A DNA stretch of 64,000 bases from positions 6,264,001 to 6,328,000 of the forward strand of contig CM097885.1 in assembly GCA_044892525.1 (NCBI GenBank), given 5' to 3'. This DNA comes from Schmidtea polychroa. Its lineage: Eukaryota. Below the pieces are notes generated by a model. It had not been told where the DNA came from. It saw only the letters and a list, made by a program, of their open reading frames with translations, and did not search any database. Shown here piece after piece: positions 27,210 through 41,241 of this stretch. Each line of letters begins with the position of its first letter. The stretch's first letter is position 1. A program made the position numbers and the translations under genes.

Positions 27210-28598
27210 ATGAAATATCATAAGTTTAAAAAAAAGGAGCTCAAAGCAGGCCTTGTTACGAACAATGAAACACTGGACGGAAACGAAAGCATTACAGTGA
27301 ACAAAGAACTAGTAACCGACCTCACAAATTGTCTATCCAAAGGTGAAAAAGGATTACTTTCACTAGGACCAAAGTTCAGTATAAACAGAGAAATAGATGA
27401 AGCAGCCATCCTCAATTTCAGAACAGCTCTTTGTCGCATTGCGTACCAGATCAAATGGAACAATACAATACCGCATGAAAATGAAAATAGCGAAAACCAG
27501 CTCCCAGTATACATAAACACAGATAAACTCTATCAACCAAATCCTGATGCAGAATTAGATTCAACACTCTCAAAGGTCTGTCACAAAATCATGGAGATAG
27601 TTGAGAAGGAAAGAAGAAAACCATATCTCTCAAACCTAACGAAAGACGAACAGGCAATATTAAAATCCCTTAAAAAGAAACCGTACGTTTACTTACCAAG
27701 TGACAAGAGGGGAGAATTTTGCATTATAGAGAAGAATCATTACTGTGAAGCTGGTTACGAACACCTCGGCAACATCGAAACTTACAAGAAAGGCAGCCGC
27801 ATGTCACCAAACACCATCGAAATGAAGATCAACAAAGTATGGAAAGCCATAGCTTTGGAAATGAGGCTCAACAACAGAATAACCAACAGCTTCGTCACAA
27901 AAAATTCTGATCTTCCTAACTTCTACCACCTAATTAAAACTCACAAAGAGGGTCCTGGTATCAAAATTAGACCTATAGTGTCCAACAAAAATGGACCAAC
28001 AACTAAAACAAGTTGGCTCCTTGCAAAGATCTTGAAACCTTTATTGGACACGATACCACACCATCTTCAAAGCAGCGACTGCCTTATGACAAGACTAAAT
28101 AATAACATGACTTGTCATAGAGAATTCCAATACCCATTTAGTCTTGATGTCGTATCACTATACACATCTATCGAACCAACAGAGGCTATTCAATGTTTAG
28201 AAAAGAAATTAAGAGAAAGCAACTTGTTAATAAAGGAAATGAATATCGAGAATATCACCAAACTACTTACTGTTATCCTCGAGAACACCTATTTTACCTT
28301 TGAACAAAATATCTATAAACAAGTTAAAGGTCTGCCTATGGGTTCTAGCATATCAGGACTGCTAGCAATCATCTTTATGGATAACCTCGAACGACAGACA
28401 CTGAGGACCATACAACCCATCGGTTTCTATGCAAGATATGTAGATGATATCTTCATCACGACCAAAAACAGAAAAGAAGCGGAGGAAATATTTCATACAT
28501 TCAATGCGGCTCATCAAGATATTAAGTTCGAAATCGAATATCCGGAAGAAGATGGATCCCTCAATTTATTGGATTTGATCTGTTTTTGTTTTTCTTAA
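27210..28598 (+). mobile_element. Penelope-like retroelement reverse transcriptase ORF, 3'-truncated (no GIY-YIG)
   Basis: Uninterrupted 462-aa ORF with PLE motifs LLSLGPKF, SNLTKDE, PSDKRGEF, FYHLIKTHK, IRPIVS, SLDVVSLYTSI, QVKGLPMGS, RYVDDIF and SLNLLDL. Confidence 0.92.
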
Positions 28599-29126
28599 TA
28601 TTTTTTTTATAGATCAACTTAATTTCCAGTGTAACCCAAATTTTCGGTACTGCTTTAAGTGTGTAATAAAATGTGATCTATAATCGTAATGAAAATAAAT
28701 GAAATTTCAAAATTTTTGTAATCATTGAGTGATTATTTATTCTTCGCATATTAAATGAATATTTTAAAATTATGTTTCATTATTTTATGTTCTCCTTATT
28801 CGCTCGTCCCTCAAAATCCATTATTTAATTTTTTAATTTTGTTTGTCAAATGAAGATTTTATCCAAAATTTCTATTAAAATGATAATTTTAAAAAAATTC
28901 TATTGGTGGATAAAAAAATTTAATTTTTGCGTGTCAACCCGTAATTATTATTTCTGATGATTTTGTGAACATCTTGATTACAACGACAGTTACTGAATGA
29001 AGGAATATCAAATTATAATGATGGAAATAGTTTGTTCATTATAATTAATTGAATTATACTAGAATTGATTGGACGAAAAATAAATTTTTAATAATTAATT
29101 TGGAATTAAGCCAAATTAAAATTTAC

Positions 29127-29128
<2 letters not shown>

Positions 29129-29201
<73 letters not shown>
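29129..29201. repeat. (TA)n microsatellite, followed by a hAT-like terminus CAGGGTTGCCA
   Basis: Directly visible. No partner TIR found. Confidence 0.9.
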
Positions 29202-29204
<3 letters not shown>

Positions 29205-29616
29205 GGTTGCCAGTTTTCCTAAATTATATATCGGGATTTAATAAAAATTTATTTAATCTAATTTTTTTTTATTTAAAGAATAAATCTGTTATCAATAATA
29301 TATGTATTTATAAAAAACAAAAATAACATAAACAAAACATTCATTGTACCTTATATATAAAAACACAACTAAAAGAAAATAAATATTAGTATTGCATTAA
29401 ACTTTCTTTTAATATTTTTCATTTCCTGGGATTTTTTTAAAATTCTCTGCTCTTTTTCTTCTTTTAAATTAATTCTAAACTCTTTGCATGCCATTATCAT
29501 TATCATACTGAAACTGAACGCATATAAAAATTGATAAATTTACATGCAGTTCTTTTATTATTTAACGTAAGATGACGTTAAATTTTAAAATTGTACTGCT
29601 CAACTTAAAAATTTTT

Positions 29617-30096
29617 TTAATATATATGTTTAAATGTCGAACGCAACATGTTGGCTCTGATAAACTCGCTCTTGTATTGAGCATCATCTTCTTTCGAAGC
29701 ATCAGTTAAAAGCCTTTGACTTGATTCCTCATATAGTAATAACTCATGTTCGGGGCTAACAGCAAGCATAAAGACCAATTTATAGAGATTCGTGTCCAAA
29801 TTTCCATGCGTCTGTTCCAGTTTTATTGTTCGAATATATAGAAATTCATATTTGGATAATGGATCAACTATCCGCTTAAAGTCAATCATTTCTGAACCTT
29901 CAACTGATTTGAATTTATTCAACTTTATTTGATCAAGATTTAATTTCCATATGGTTACATAATCACATAAATCCACAATTCCAAGGAATGAGTTAGTTTC
30001 GTTGATTAATTTCGTTTTTGATTCTGAATGTCCATATAATACATCACTCTGTTTGCCATCTTCTAAACTCCATACAATCATAATATCCTTTTCCAT
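29617..30096 (-). pseudogene. Intronless 159-codon ORF with WD40-like N-terminus; probable host-gene remnant
   Basis: IMIVWSLEDGKQSDVLYGHS and DYVTIWKL resemble WD40 repeat ends, and the composition looks coding. Parent gene not recognised. Confidence 0.4.
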
Positions 30097-30295
30097 TTGA
30101 AATTAATAAACGAATGTTTAAAACCTTTGTATTTTCAAAAAAAACCCACAAATCTTGCCAAATTGAAACAACTGATATAATTCACATAAAAAACCAATCC
30201 AAAATTTTCAGCTAAATATATCAAAATCGATTACAAAATCAAACCTCGATGCAACTCGACAACATCGATAACGAAATGCTCCAAAATTACACTGA

Positions 30296-30359
30296 TCGCG
30301 TATGTGTGCGCATACAAACACAAACACCATCTCCGAATCCAACGCGCACACAGACACGA
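30296..30359 (-). promoter_or_regulatory. GC-rich dyad element (TCGCGTCTGTGTGCGC...GCGCACACAGACGCGA family), copy 1
   Basis: 16-bp arms pairing 14/16 around a ~32-nt spacer similar to the 41643 copy. Lies ~200 bp upstream of ORF 30096(-). Regulatory role is inferred. Confidence 0.4.
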
Positions 30360-30393
30360 ATTAAGGTCAGGTTTGACCATATATATTGTCAAA

Positions 30394-30569
30394 AATTTGT
30401 ATTGATTTATTTAAAATAAAATTTAAAGTTTTCAAAAAAAATTTAATTATATTAAAAATATTTTTATATTTAATATATATAATTAAAATTAAATATAAAA
30501 ATATTTTTAATATAATTAAATTTTTTTTGAAAACTTTAAATTTTATTTTAAATAAATCAATACAAATTT
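30394..30569. repeat. Near-perfect AT-rich palindrome (~80-bp arms) flanked by the 8-bp direct repeat ttgtcaaa
   Basis: Both strands translate to the same KICIDLFKIKFKVFKKNLIILKIFLYLI. ttgtcaaa occurs at 30386-30393 and 30570-30577. Confidence 0.85.
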
Positions 30570-32097
30570 TTGTCAAAGAAAATTTTGTTTCCATAACTCC
30601 GGAAAAATCCATGGAAAATTCGACAAACAGAAAATACAGAATAAAATAGACTAAATAAACCCCACCAAAAAAATCCCAAAAATTTTCACATTGGGATTAG
30701 CGTAAGCTGCAAATTTTTTGAAAAGAATTTCTTTTTTATTTGTTAAAAAAATTTTTAAATTATATGAATTATTCACTTTTTATTTGTTGGTAAATGTGAA
30801 AATCTGGGTAACTGAAATTATGATTTGATGAAGCCGTAGAAAAATATTTTTTTTATTCTAATTAAATGGATTTGAGAAACCCGAAAAATATTTCTTTTTC
30901 ATTATTTTTTTCTTCTGTTGTATTTTGTTTTCATAGTCAGTAACTTGATCTAAGGATCAATCAATGATCCGTTATCCTCTTTCAGGAAGACAGCTAAATC
31001 TCTAGTTAAAGGCATACAAGCGGATAATTAATAATTTAATAAATAAATTAATTAATTTAACAATTATTATGAATAATTTAATGAGTATGCATGATACTGC
31101 ATGTTTGAACTTTGTATGAATTTTATGTGAAGAAATAAAAGGTAGATTAATATTTATTTCTAATTACACGAACTGTTTTTCAAATACTGCATTTTTTCGA
31201 AAGTAATACATAATTGGTTGTAAAACAATTACAATATTAATTTAATTGTCAAAATCGCCAATTTAGTATGAACTAAAATTATCATAACGGCCAAAGCAAT
31301 ATCATTGGTTGATTCGATTAAAATAATGTTAGCACGTTGACTACTTAAAGGAAATGTAACTAACACACTTTGATTAGCTAACTAGTCTCTAGTAATCAAC
31401 GTTTTTATATATTATTAATTAATATAATAAGATATTTATCAGAAACTACATTTTAAAAAATAGTACAGATTTATATAGATTGCTTGATATTTTTGCAGGA
31501 CTTGACTCGGATTAAAACAACAGTTGTCAGACATACGTTCAACGTGCTAAAATGAAGATATAGAAAATATTTTTCTTTAAATTTTTATTTGGCGTTTTTG
31601 ATGCTTTATTTTATTTGTTCGATTTATTTTGTCACTTAATTCATTCCTTCAGACCCTGAAAAGGCTAAATTTCCGAGAGAAAATGTTTAAAATGCTGTTG
31701 ATTCAAAATAAAAAAAATGATAAAATTTTGATACAAATAATCGTTTGGAAGATTTATTCATTAAAATGTCATGGAATATTTTAATAATAAAAACAACACG
31801 GTTTTCTTTTGCAATTAATAGGAGAAATGGTTGAGGAATGATAATTGAATTTGAGGGAAATCAAATTACATAACAGGCCTGGATATGGCAATGGGCTACT
31901 GGGAGAGAAAATGAAATGGGAAATAATTTATCGTTTGATTGACCACATAACCATTGTATTATTCTTTGTTCTTTTGTTTTGTTCTCTTATCATAAAAGCA
32001 TGAAAAAAATTGAATTATGTTTAAAAAAATTTTAATTCGGCGAAAAACGACAAATTTATTCTTGGGTATCTTTTACTTACATTTTGATTAATGATTA

Positions 32098-32384
32098 CAG
32101 CGCCAGCTGTAACCTTTAGGGGACCTGTGCTGACACTAAAAAATTTTTTTAATTTTATTGCATTCATTTTTATTGATTTTAATTTAAAAAACAATACAAA
32201 GAAATTACAATTGGTTCAAATTAAATCGTAGCCAATCAGATTTGTTTGAAAGTTAAACGAATTTTGAATTTTTATTTTTGTTTTTTTCTTTCAATTCGTG
32301 ATATTTTTTGGTATTGGAGAAGTTTTTCTAATGTATTTAATATTTGGGGGCCCGTCAAAAATAGGATGCACTAGCACGGTGCTG
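32098..32384. mobile_element. hAT-like MITE
   Basis: Ends cagcgccagct / agcacggtgctg; 8-bp TSD aatgatta / tatgatta; ggggccc subterminal motifs. Confidence 0.55.
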
Positions 32385-32532
32385 TATGATTAAAGTCCTT
32401 CCGAGAATATTTTATTTGTCATTTATCGCAATTGCAATGCAGCATATAGAAAGATGTTTTGACATTGTTTTTAACATTTATCTATTATCGAATGTATGAA
32501 GTCATACCAAATCAAATGAAAGAATTTTTTTA

Positions 32533-32870
32533 TTGGATTCAGGAGAACAAGACGAAATTTTTTTTCTCTCTTTGGTCAACAGTCGAATCATGATTATAGA
32601 ACCAGACGAAAAGATTGTATATGAATTGAACATTCAGTCTAGCTCCTACTCTTTTCTCGCTGTTATACGTAATCGTGGCAGACGATTCGTGTTACCGGTT
32701 ATGAATTCTCTACTACCAAACAAAAATAGAGGAACTTACTACCAATTGTTTGAAGTTATTAAAACATTGCGGCCACATCTCAATCTGTCGTCAATTTCTA
32801 TCAACTTTCTGCAGGTCACATTTGGAGCGGTACAATCAACGTTTCCAAATTGTGAAATACATGGAATACA
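32533..32870 (+). mobile_element. MULE (Mutator-like) transposase fragment
   Basis: VLPVMNSLLPNKNRGTYYQLFEVIK..SISINF..AVQSTFPNCEIHG fits the MULE pattern LP...LLP.K...TY...F / I..DFE.A...A....FP...I.GC.FH. Confidence 0.7.
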
Positions 32871-33279
32871 ATTTATAATGAAAAATCTAGTTTACGATTT
32901 CCCGACTTCGCAAAACGCTCAATCACATTGTCAACATTTACAGGAATGTCTCTGTGTACATTAAGTAGGACTAATCCAACTAGTCTGTTTTCTGTCATTC
33001 GTGTTCTCAGCCAGGTTTTTATTCTTCGGAGGGTTGAGAAGCTACGTTCAGCATTTGAAACACTTACAGGACACGTTTAAATAATTTGAAACAACTTGTG
33101 AGTGATTGGATATTGCATTTGGTCACACAAATCAAAAACAACAGAAAGATCAGTAGGCAGTGATTTGATTCCTCCCTCTTCCTTCATCCTCATGCATTTG
33201 CACTGCCATAGTTCAACTTCCTATATAAATTCTGGCGCAGGTAAGTTTTGGATACTAAGCGCGTGTAGATTGATGATTT

Positions 33280-34672
33280 TAATATTTATATTTGAAAAAC
33301 TTGGACATGCATGTTTTGAGGATTTTGCTAAGGCAGATATTGAAGAATCAATGGCTGATGAAGAACTAAATTAGGATGATTTAGTTAACATTATTCATGG
33401 AACAAATAAACATGATGAATAGAATGATTCTGGTGAAGAGCAATCTGAACCAATCGCATTCACGGCAAGAATCATGAGCGTATGACTTGAATTAGGAAGA
33501 AAATTGGGTAATCATTTTTTACAATATGACACGAATGTTGAACGAGCTCACCGATTCCAGCGTGGTGTTAGCAAAAAAATATAGGCAATTGTTAATTTCG
33601 GATTTCATTACAATGTCTTGTCGATCTGAGATCTTTCCTAATTCATCAACTATTAAACCAGAATTGCATCAAGACCTATCAAGTTACATCATACGACTCA
33701 GGAAGAAAAGACAAATAGTTCATGAAACTGGTGACAGTAATTAAACTTATTGTTGAGTTTTCAATTAAATAAATATTAAAGTCGCTGTTTCTGACACCAC
33801 GTGTTCTAAAAAAACAATTAGACAAACATTACTCAACGTATATTTGTATTTGAATTCGTACAATTTACAAAACTGTGAATATCGCAAACAAAAATGTCTA
33901 TTCTGACCATTCAATCAGTCTCACTGTGACCGCTTTGGTCCGGCACGTTCTACAACAATAATAACCTCTTTTCTTTAACCCGTTGTCTTAACTTGATCCC
34001 TTTTTTTCTCTTTCGCTAATTCTGTCTTATAATTTAACAATGTTTCCTTTAAGGTCGTTTTCTTCTTCCCTACCTGTTTCTAAATTTGAGTTTTTTTATA
34101 TAGTTAAAATAATCGCATTGATTAATGGCAATTTTTGCCTAGCGGCCTTTTTCATTTTTTCGTCATTGTAGGAACAAATTAATTGTCCCACCATGCGTCT
34201 CCTTTGTGGTAATCTTTTTCAATTTTTTCATTACTCATGCTGTCATGATAATGGTTTTTACAATTTCGAGTTTGTTTACTTCTTTTTCTGTTTACTTAGC
34301 TCGAGCTTCCCTTAATTAATTAATTGATTAATTAACTATTTTCTGTTTTTCTACGATTTCTTGCCTATCGACCCTTTCTGGACATAATCTCATAAATCCA
34401 TTCTCGCCATGATCTTTCCCATCATCTCATCCGCATCTGATCCGCTTTTCAAATTTTAATTCGATGATTTCTTGATTTTAAATTTTCAAAATTTTAATTA
34501 TTTAATTTTAAATTTTAACAAATAATTATATTTTTACGATGTATTACGTTTGCTTTAGATAAATAATTGGCTAAATTATCACATTTTAGTGTTTATTTCG
34601 TAGCATAATCCAAGGATTCGATTTACACGGTTTTGTGCGGAGTTCATCTTGCGTATAAATCGAGGGATATGT
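33280..34672 (+). mobile_element. Tigger/pogo-like transposon remnant (C-terminal acidic region and 3' terminus)
   Basis: FEDFAKADIEESMADEELN*DDLVNII resembles the Tigger C-terminus. A subterminal pattern cgatttacacgg...cgtataaatcgaggga lies at ~34619-34668. Boundaries uncertain. Confidence 0.45.
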
Positions 34673-35451
34673 GTGTTACTTAAATCAGATTTATATCCAA
34701 TGAAAATACAGATAATATATCCAGCGCTGTGATTAGTTAATTTGCCGCTTGTGTGCTATTAATTATATTGAAATGTTTATGTATTAATTTTATGTATTTT
34801 ATTCAGGGATTATATTATGTGATTATTTGCATTTATAATATATTGATACAGATGGAATTGGTGGGAATTTTACATTACTCTTTAATATACATATTAGTAA
34901 AGTAGTGAAGGGAAACATATTTTGACAGTGGGAACCATGGGAGCCCTGAAAATACATATAAAAATCAGAAGCACATATTGCTAGAATTCCTGCTAGAATA
35001 ATTGAAAATTCTTGCCTAATAAAAATTACAGTAAAGGAATTATCCTAACATGAAATTTGTGTTACTACCAAGAAACCTTAATAATTAATTACTAGTAATC
35101 ATTACTAGTAATTGAAAATCTTGAAGTTGGGAAGCACTAAAGTGAAAGTTTTTAATTGTTAATCTTAGAATGGCATTAATGGAGAATGAAAATATAAATA
35201 TAATTGATAAAAATTTTATTGTGTTGTAATTAGTGAAAATGAAAAATTTTTAAATTAAATTTGATATCTAATTAAAAATTTATATTAAAATTCTATAATT
35301 AAGAAAAAAACAAATAAAATTAATTTCAACATGCGGCATATTTGTCATTGAAAATATCAAAGATCAAAATAAAAGGAAACGCAACAAGTTGTGAGAAATT
35401 TCATGAAATGATAAAAGAATTGAAAGAAATCCCATTGATTTTGTATAATTT

Positions 35452-35757
<306 letters not shown>

Positions 35758-36583
35758 GGACAATACATCTTATGGCTTTTCTAACGAAGCAAATTTCCTT
35801 CAAAAATTCTGAAAGTCTAGCTCAACTAGTTTAGATAGCCTCCAACGTATTATTATTTTCATTGAGGATTTTCTGGGAGAAATTAAACTTAAAATTATCA
35901 TTTATTGAAATTTACTAATAATAAAAAATTGACAAATATTATTCTCAAGTTTCATAAATTGCGCCGTCAGCTATAGAATAATAAAATTTATTAAATCCCA
36001 TTCAATGGTACATAGGCTGACCTAGAATGGGCTTGATGTTATAAATAATAATGCCTCCCGGTAGGAATTGAGATCGGATAGTATTCACAACAACTCTTTC
36101 ATAATAAATCAACAAAATTTCTTGTTAATAATTTCAAGTTGATTTTGACAATTTTATTCACTGGATTCTCCCTGTAATTGCTGTTGATAAAAGTTGAGAT
36201 GGGCTTGGGATAATTCCCTCCACAAATCCTTCATCAAATATTCACACTTGGACTTTCTCACTTTTCTCTCTAGCTCTTTCCCTTGTCCTTAGAAATGAAA
36301 CGAAGTTGATAATGTTGTCGGTACTTTGTTTCAATTTTCTCAATTTTTTCTGTTACAAATCTCTTCGATTTCTAGCGAAATATTTTCCAGGGCTTTTTAA
36401 TATCATATGTAAAAATAATGATAATTTTTTAAGATTATTATTATTTCTTTCATGGAGATTGTTCAATGTATTAATTGCAGTCGAACATATCCGTTCTAGG
36501 AGAATACGAAACAGGATATCCGTTAAAAATGTGCATTATTGTCAAAGGATATATTTTTTCAAAAAGTATGACAACTAGAATAA

Positions 36584-37043
<460 letters not shown>

Positions 37044-38823
37044 AAGCTTAAATTGTCCTAAGTTATAATTAGGAATTTTATTCTAAGTTACAATATAATG
37101 ACATTTTTAGTATCATAATACTAAAAACTAATAAAGTTTTTGTTTATCTAGCACAGGTTAAATCACTATTTTTTGTCACTATCTAATCAATGAGATGTAC
37201 TTAAAATCGATATTTAATACAATATTACTTGACTGTCAAAAATACAAACAAATAGATCCTGTCTAATTTTAAAAGTCAAAAATTTTTATTAAAATAAAAT
37301 TTGTCTAATTTTCTACTATTAAAATTAATTTTAATAATTCTATTAAAAAATAATTTTTTATTGAAATAAATTTAAAAATTGTAAAAATAACCTATAGAAA
37401 TTTTAAATTTTAAAATTTATTAAAATAAAATTTTACTTACATTTTAGAGAACTTAAATAACTGCTGAAAAAGTAATTATGATAAAAATATGAAATTTTTA
37501 AAATATATTTCTTTATTGTTCTTTAAATTTGACTTGTTGTTTTAATCGTCCAATCAGCGGCAATGAAAAACTGTTGACATACACCAATTTATTTAAATTT
37601 TTATTTTTTGTTTTTTTTTCAATTGTTGTTCAAAGTTCGTTGAGAAAATACAAAAGATGTTATCTAATCTTATCATCGATGATTATTTGTTCAAGGAGAT
37701 GGAGGGACGAAGTTTCGGGTATCTGAATAAATAATATTTGTATTATTTTTTATTTTTAAATTATTATTAATTGTTTTGGAATCTGACTCCTCGTGTTCAA
37801 TAATAAAGCAAACCAAACTCGAATCCCAACAAAATAATTTTATTTCAAACAAAACTAAATAAACTTGACAATTAGTATGGATAAGGCAGATCCCAATGTC
37901 CCATTTGTTATCCATTCCATATTTGGTCTAATTTTGATGAATGATTTATCACCCAATTACGCTAGTGTAAAACGTAAATCCGATTTTATTTATTCAGTTA
38001 AATTCTCCATGATTTATGGGCTTGCCCTAATAGTCAATTATCATATTTATCTTTTGGTTTCATCTTTGATTTTTTTATTCAATAATTTACATTTTAAACA
38101 ATATCGTGTACCTTATATATTGTTTTGATCTACAGTCTTTAAATTATTAATACGAAATTATTGAATTAATTAATTAATTTGTTTTTTGTTCCTGGACCTT
38201 CTAGGAACATTTCATCTTCCTCCCCTAGAAATATATTTTTTTTAATTTTAAATAATTTTTAATTAATTTTACTAATTTGAAATTTTCCATTTTTTATTTC
38301 ATACACTTCGTGCATCCCCAAATATTCCCCCCTCTCTAAAGCTTCAATTTTATATACTTCCGATTTAACAAATCGGTTGCCTTTTGTGCTATTTGAAAAG
38401 AATTCACCTTATGGCGATTCGATCAGGTGTTTATCACCTGATTCCAACAGTATTTTAATACGTGAGGCTCTATGGACAGAATTTAAAATAAATAATATTT
38501 CTGAAATCATAGATATCCCTGAATACTAACATTGATATTGACCTTTTTAATAGAGTAGGGTCTCCTGTGTAACCTGGTATTAGGTGAACCTGTCGTATCA
38601 ATTGTTTCCAATCTAAAAAGTCTTTGTAATTTTAGAACTTAGGATAGTCACTAGTTGCATTTGACCTGGGATTTTCAAAACGTTCTTCAATTGAATTATT
38701 ATTTCTTTGGGAAAATGTTTTAAAAATGGCTTTGAAAAAGAATTTGATGACGTCCTCAAAGATTTGAACTTTATATGCGTAATTAGTCATAGGACAATTG
38801 GTCATAAGGACAATTGTAATAGG

Positions 38824-41241
38824 TAGGACACCGAAAACTCTAATTTCGGATTTTTCGGTTTCGACCGAAAAATAAATTTATTTATAAAAATTTGTATTAC
38901 TTTAAAGATTGAATTTTTTACTTTTAAATCTATTGTTAAAAAATTGTTAAAAAATTTTTATACTTTTACTTTTTAATTTTATTCCAGTTATTTCCCATGA
39001 ATAGTTCGAATTCAAAAAAAGGAGTGAAGTTTGGAATTATTTTGAAGTCGATGAAATAGAATAAAATATTGCAATTTGCAATATTTGTGGAACAGAAGTT
39101 AAACGAGGCAAAAGAGGATGTCCGAGGCTTTTTACAACGAGTTCCTTGGAATACCATTTAAAATCAAAGCACGCGATAAATTTAAAGTTGTTAAAGGGAT
39201 CTGACGAAGATATCGATCTGGGTAAATTGAAACAAACTACTTTGGTTGATATTTTTAAACCTTGTAATATTTGGGAAATAGAAAATCCAAATTCAATAAA
39301 AATTTCTATTGCGATTGCAAAAAATGATTTCATTAGATCTGCAACCATATCAATTGTCGAGCAAACAGGATTTAAAAATCTTCCTAAAGTTCTTGAGCCA
39401 AGATATATAATTCCTTCTAGAAAGTACTTTTCATATAATATGATTCCATCGGTTTTCGAAAATTTAAAGAAAAATATTAAAAATCAGCTTAAAAGAATCA
39501 ATTGCGTCTCATTAACTACTGATATGTGGACAACTGAGTTTACAACTTTTTGTTTCATGTGCTTCACTGCACATTGGGTTTCTGAGGAATTTGAAAGAAA
39601 AAGTAGACTCAGCTCATGCGAGCCTTTCAATTTACAACATACTGTTGATAATATCGGTAATGAATTTGAAAATTCATTGATCGAATGGAATTTATATACA
39701 AAATGTTCTTTTATAGTACATGATAATCCAGCAAACGTTCAAAAGGCGTTTAGAACCAACAGGGCCGTAACAAGGGTGGTGCGAGCGGTGCAGTTGCACA
39801 GGGCGCACATCTGAAAGGAGCGCAAAATTGGGATATACCACTTTTTTAATGTCACCAAAAAATGAAAAAATATAAATAAAAAATAATAAATTACATGAAC
39901 GAAAAAAAAACGACATCCTAGCTAGCCTATCTTTAACATTACTGATTGGACAGGTCATTAGCGTGCCTTCGTAGGTGTGTATTTTATAAAATGTTAGTCC
40001 ACAAAATGGGTTCCTGTCATTTTTTCAATTAGCAACAGAATTTTAAGAGCATAATAGCTGGAGATGAATACATAGTCAACAATCTTAACATGAACATTAT
40101 AATGATTATAGTACACTGTTTTGAATTCGCGTGTTGGGGGCGCCAGATATATAAACCACACAGGGCGCAATAATGCCTTGTTACGGCCTTGAGAACCAAA
40201 TATATCGAAGAAATTCTTTGTTTTTCGCACACGTTACAATTAGTGATAAAAGATCCTATTTATAATTTTGATGAAATTCTAAAAATTCTATTTTCCATTT
40301 GAAAAATTATTGGATATTTTAATAGTTTTTAAGAATTACTAAATCAATTTGTCGCAAAAACAAAAACAAAAGTAGACTATTGATTAATAAAATTTATTGT
40401 TGTTGTGAATAATTATTTATATTCGTATAAATTTTTTATGTAAGACCCTACCCTCGCGCTAAGCACTGGTCAAACCTCTGAGCTCGCTGACGAGGTGAGG
40501 CGTCGATGCCTTACGATACTTTATATAGTAGAGCGCGGCTCAGCTACCGAAAATTAAATCATAGCGCAAGTGGTTAAATTGAATTTATCATTGATAGCAA
40601 GAAGTGAAAATATAATTAGCAATCCTATTTATATTATTTCAACTTTGCTAGATCCAAGATTTAAAAACAAAATATTTGATCCAGCAAATTTTAATTTAGA
40701 TTTAATTAAAAAAGAAATGATTAAATTTTTTCCTAAATTTGAAATCGAAAAAACTGAATTAAAAAATGAAATTATTTTTGAAAAAAATTCAAATATTTGG
40801 AATTTATTAGATAATTTTGATTCTTCTATTGAGATTGCTAATTGCAAATATTCTTATTCAGCTTTTGAATCCGAGATAAATAATTATTTATTTGTAAGCT
40901 TATCTCCAAAAGATAAAGATATAATTAATTACTGGAAAATTATTTCTAACAGGTTTTCTTACTTTCTAACCTAGCTAAACAGTTTCTATCGTGCCCTTCG
41001 ACTAGCGTTCAATCTGAGCGTGTTTTCAGTTGTGCTGGAAATGTAATAACTGATCAGAGCTAAAATTCTTTCTGAAAATGCTGAAAAAATAGTTTTTAAA
41101 AAATTAAACAATAAATTTTTAAGTTAAATTTTTTTAAAAGTGGTTGTAAAAATTTTTTTGTTTCAAAAATTTAATATAATGTTGTTCACAAAAATTTTCG
41201 GTTTCGGTCGAAACAAAAAAACTCAATTCGGTGCACCCATA
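38824..41241 (+). mobile_element. hAT (Ac/ZBED1-ZBED4-like) transposon with both ends, interrupted by nested insertions
   Basis: 8-bp TSD gtaatagg (38816-38823 and 41242-41249); ends taggacaccgaa / ttcggtgcacccata. BED finger VWNYF..AICNICG..HLKSKH; SLTTDMWT; CFTAHW; VHDNPAN; CFSHTLQL after insert removal; TLLDPRFK; CPSTSVQSERVFS dimerisation domain. Confidence 0.9.
39760..40191. mobile_element. hAT-type MITE nested in the transposase gene
   Basis: TIRs cagggccgtaacaagg / ccttgttacggccttg with a perfect 8-bp TSD agaaccaa. Removing it restores ..QKAFRTKYIEEILCFSHTLQL. Confidence 0.9.

Noticed and set aside
30367..30649. Two overlapping antisense ORFs with identical peptide
   Set aside because: Artefact of the DNA palindrome.
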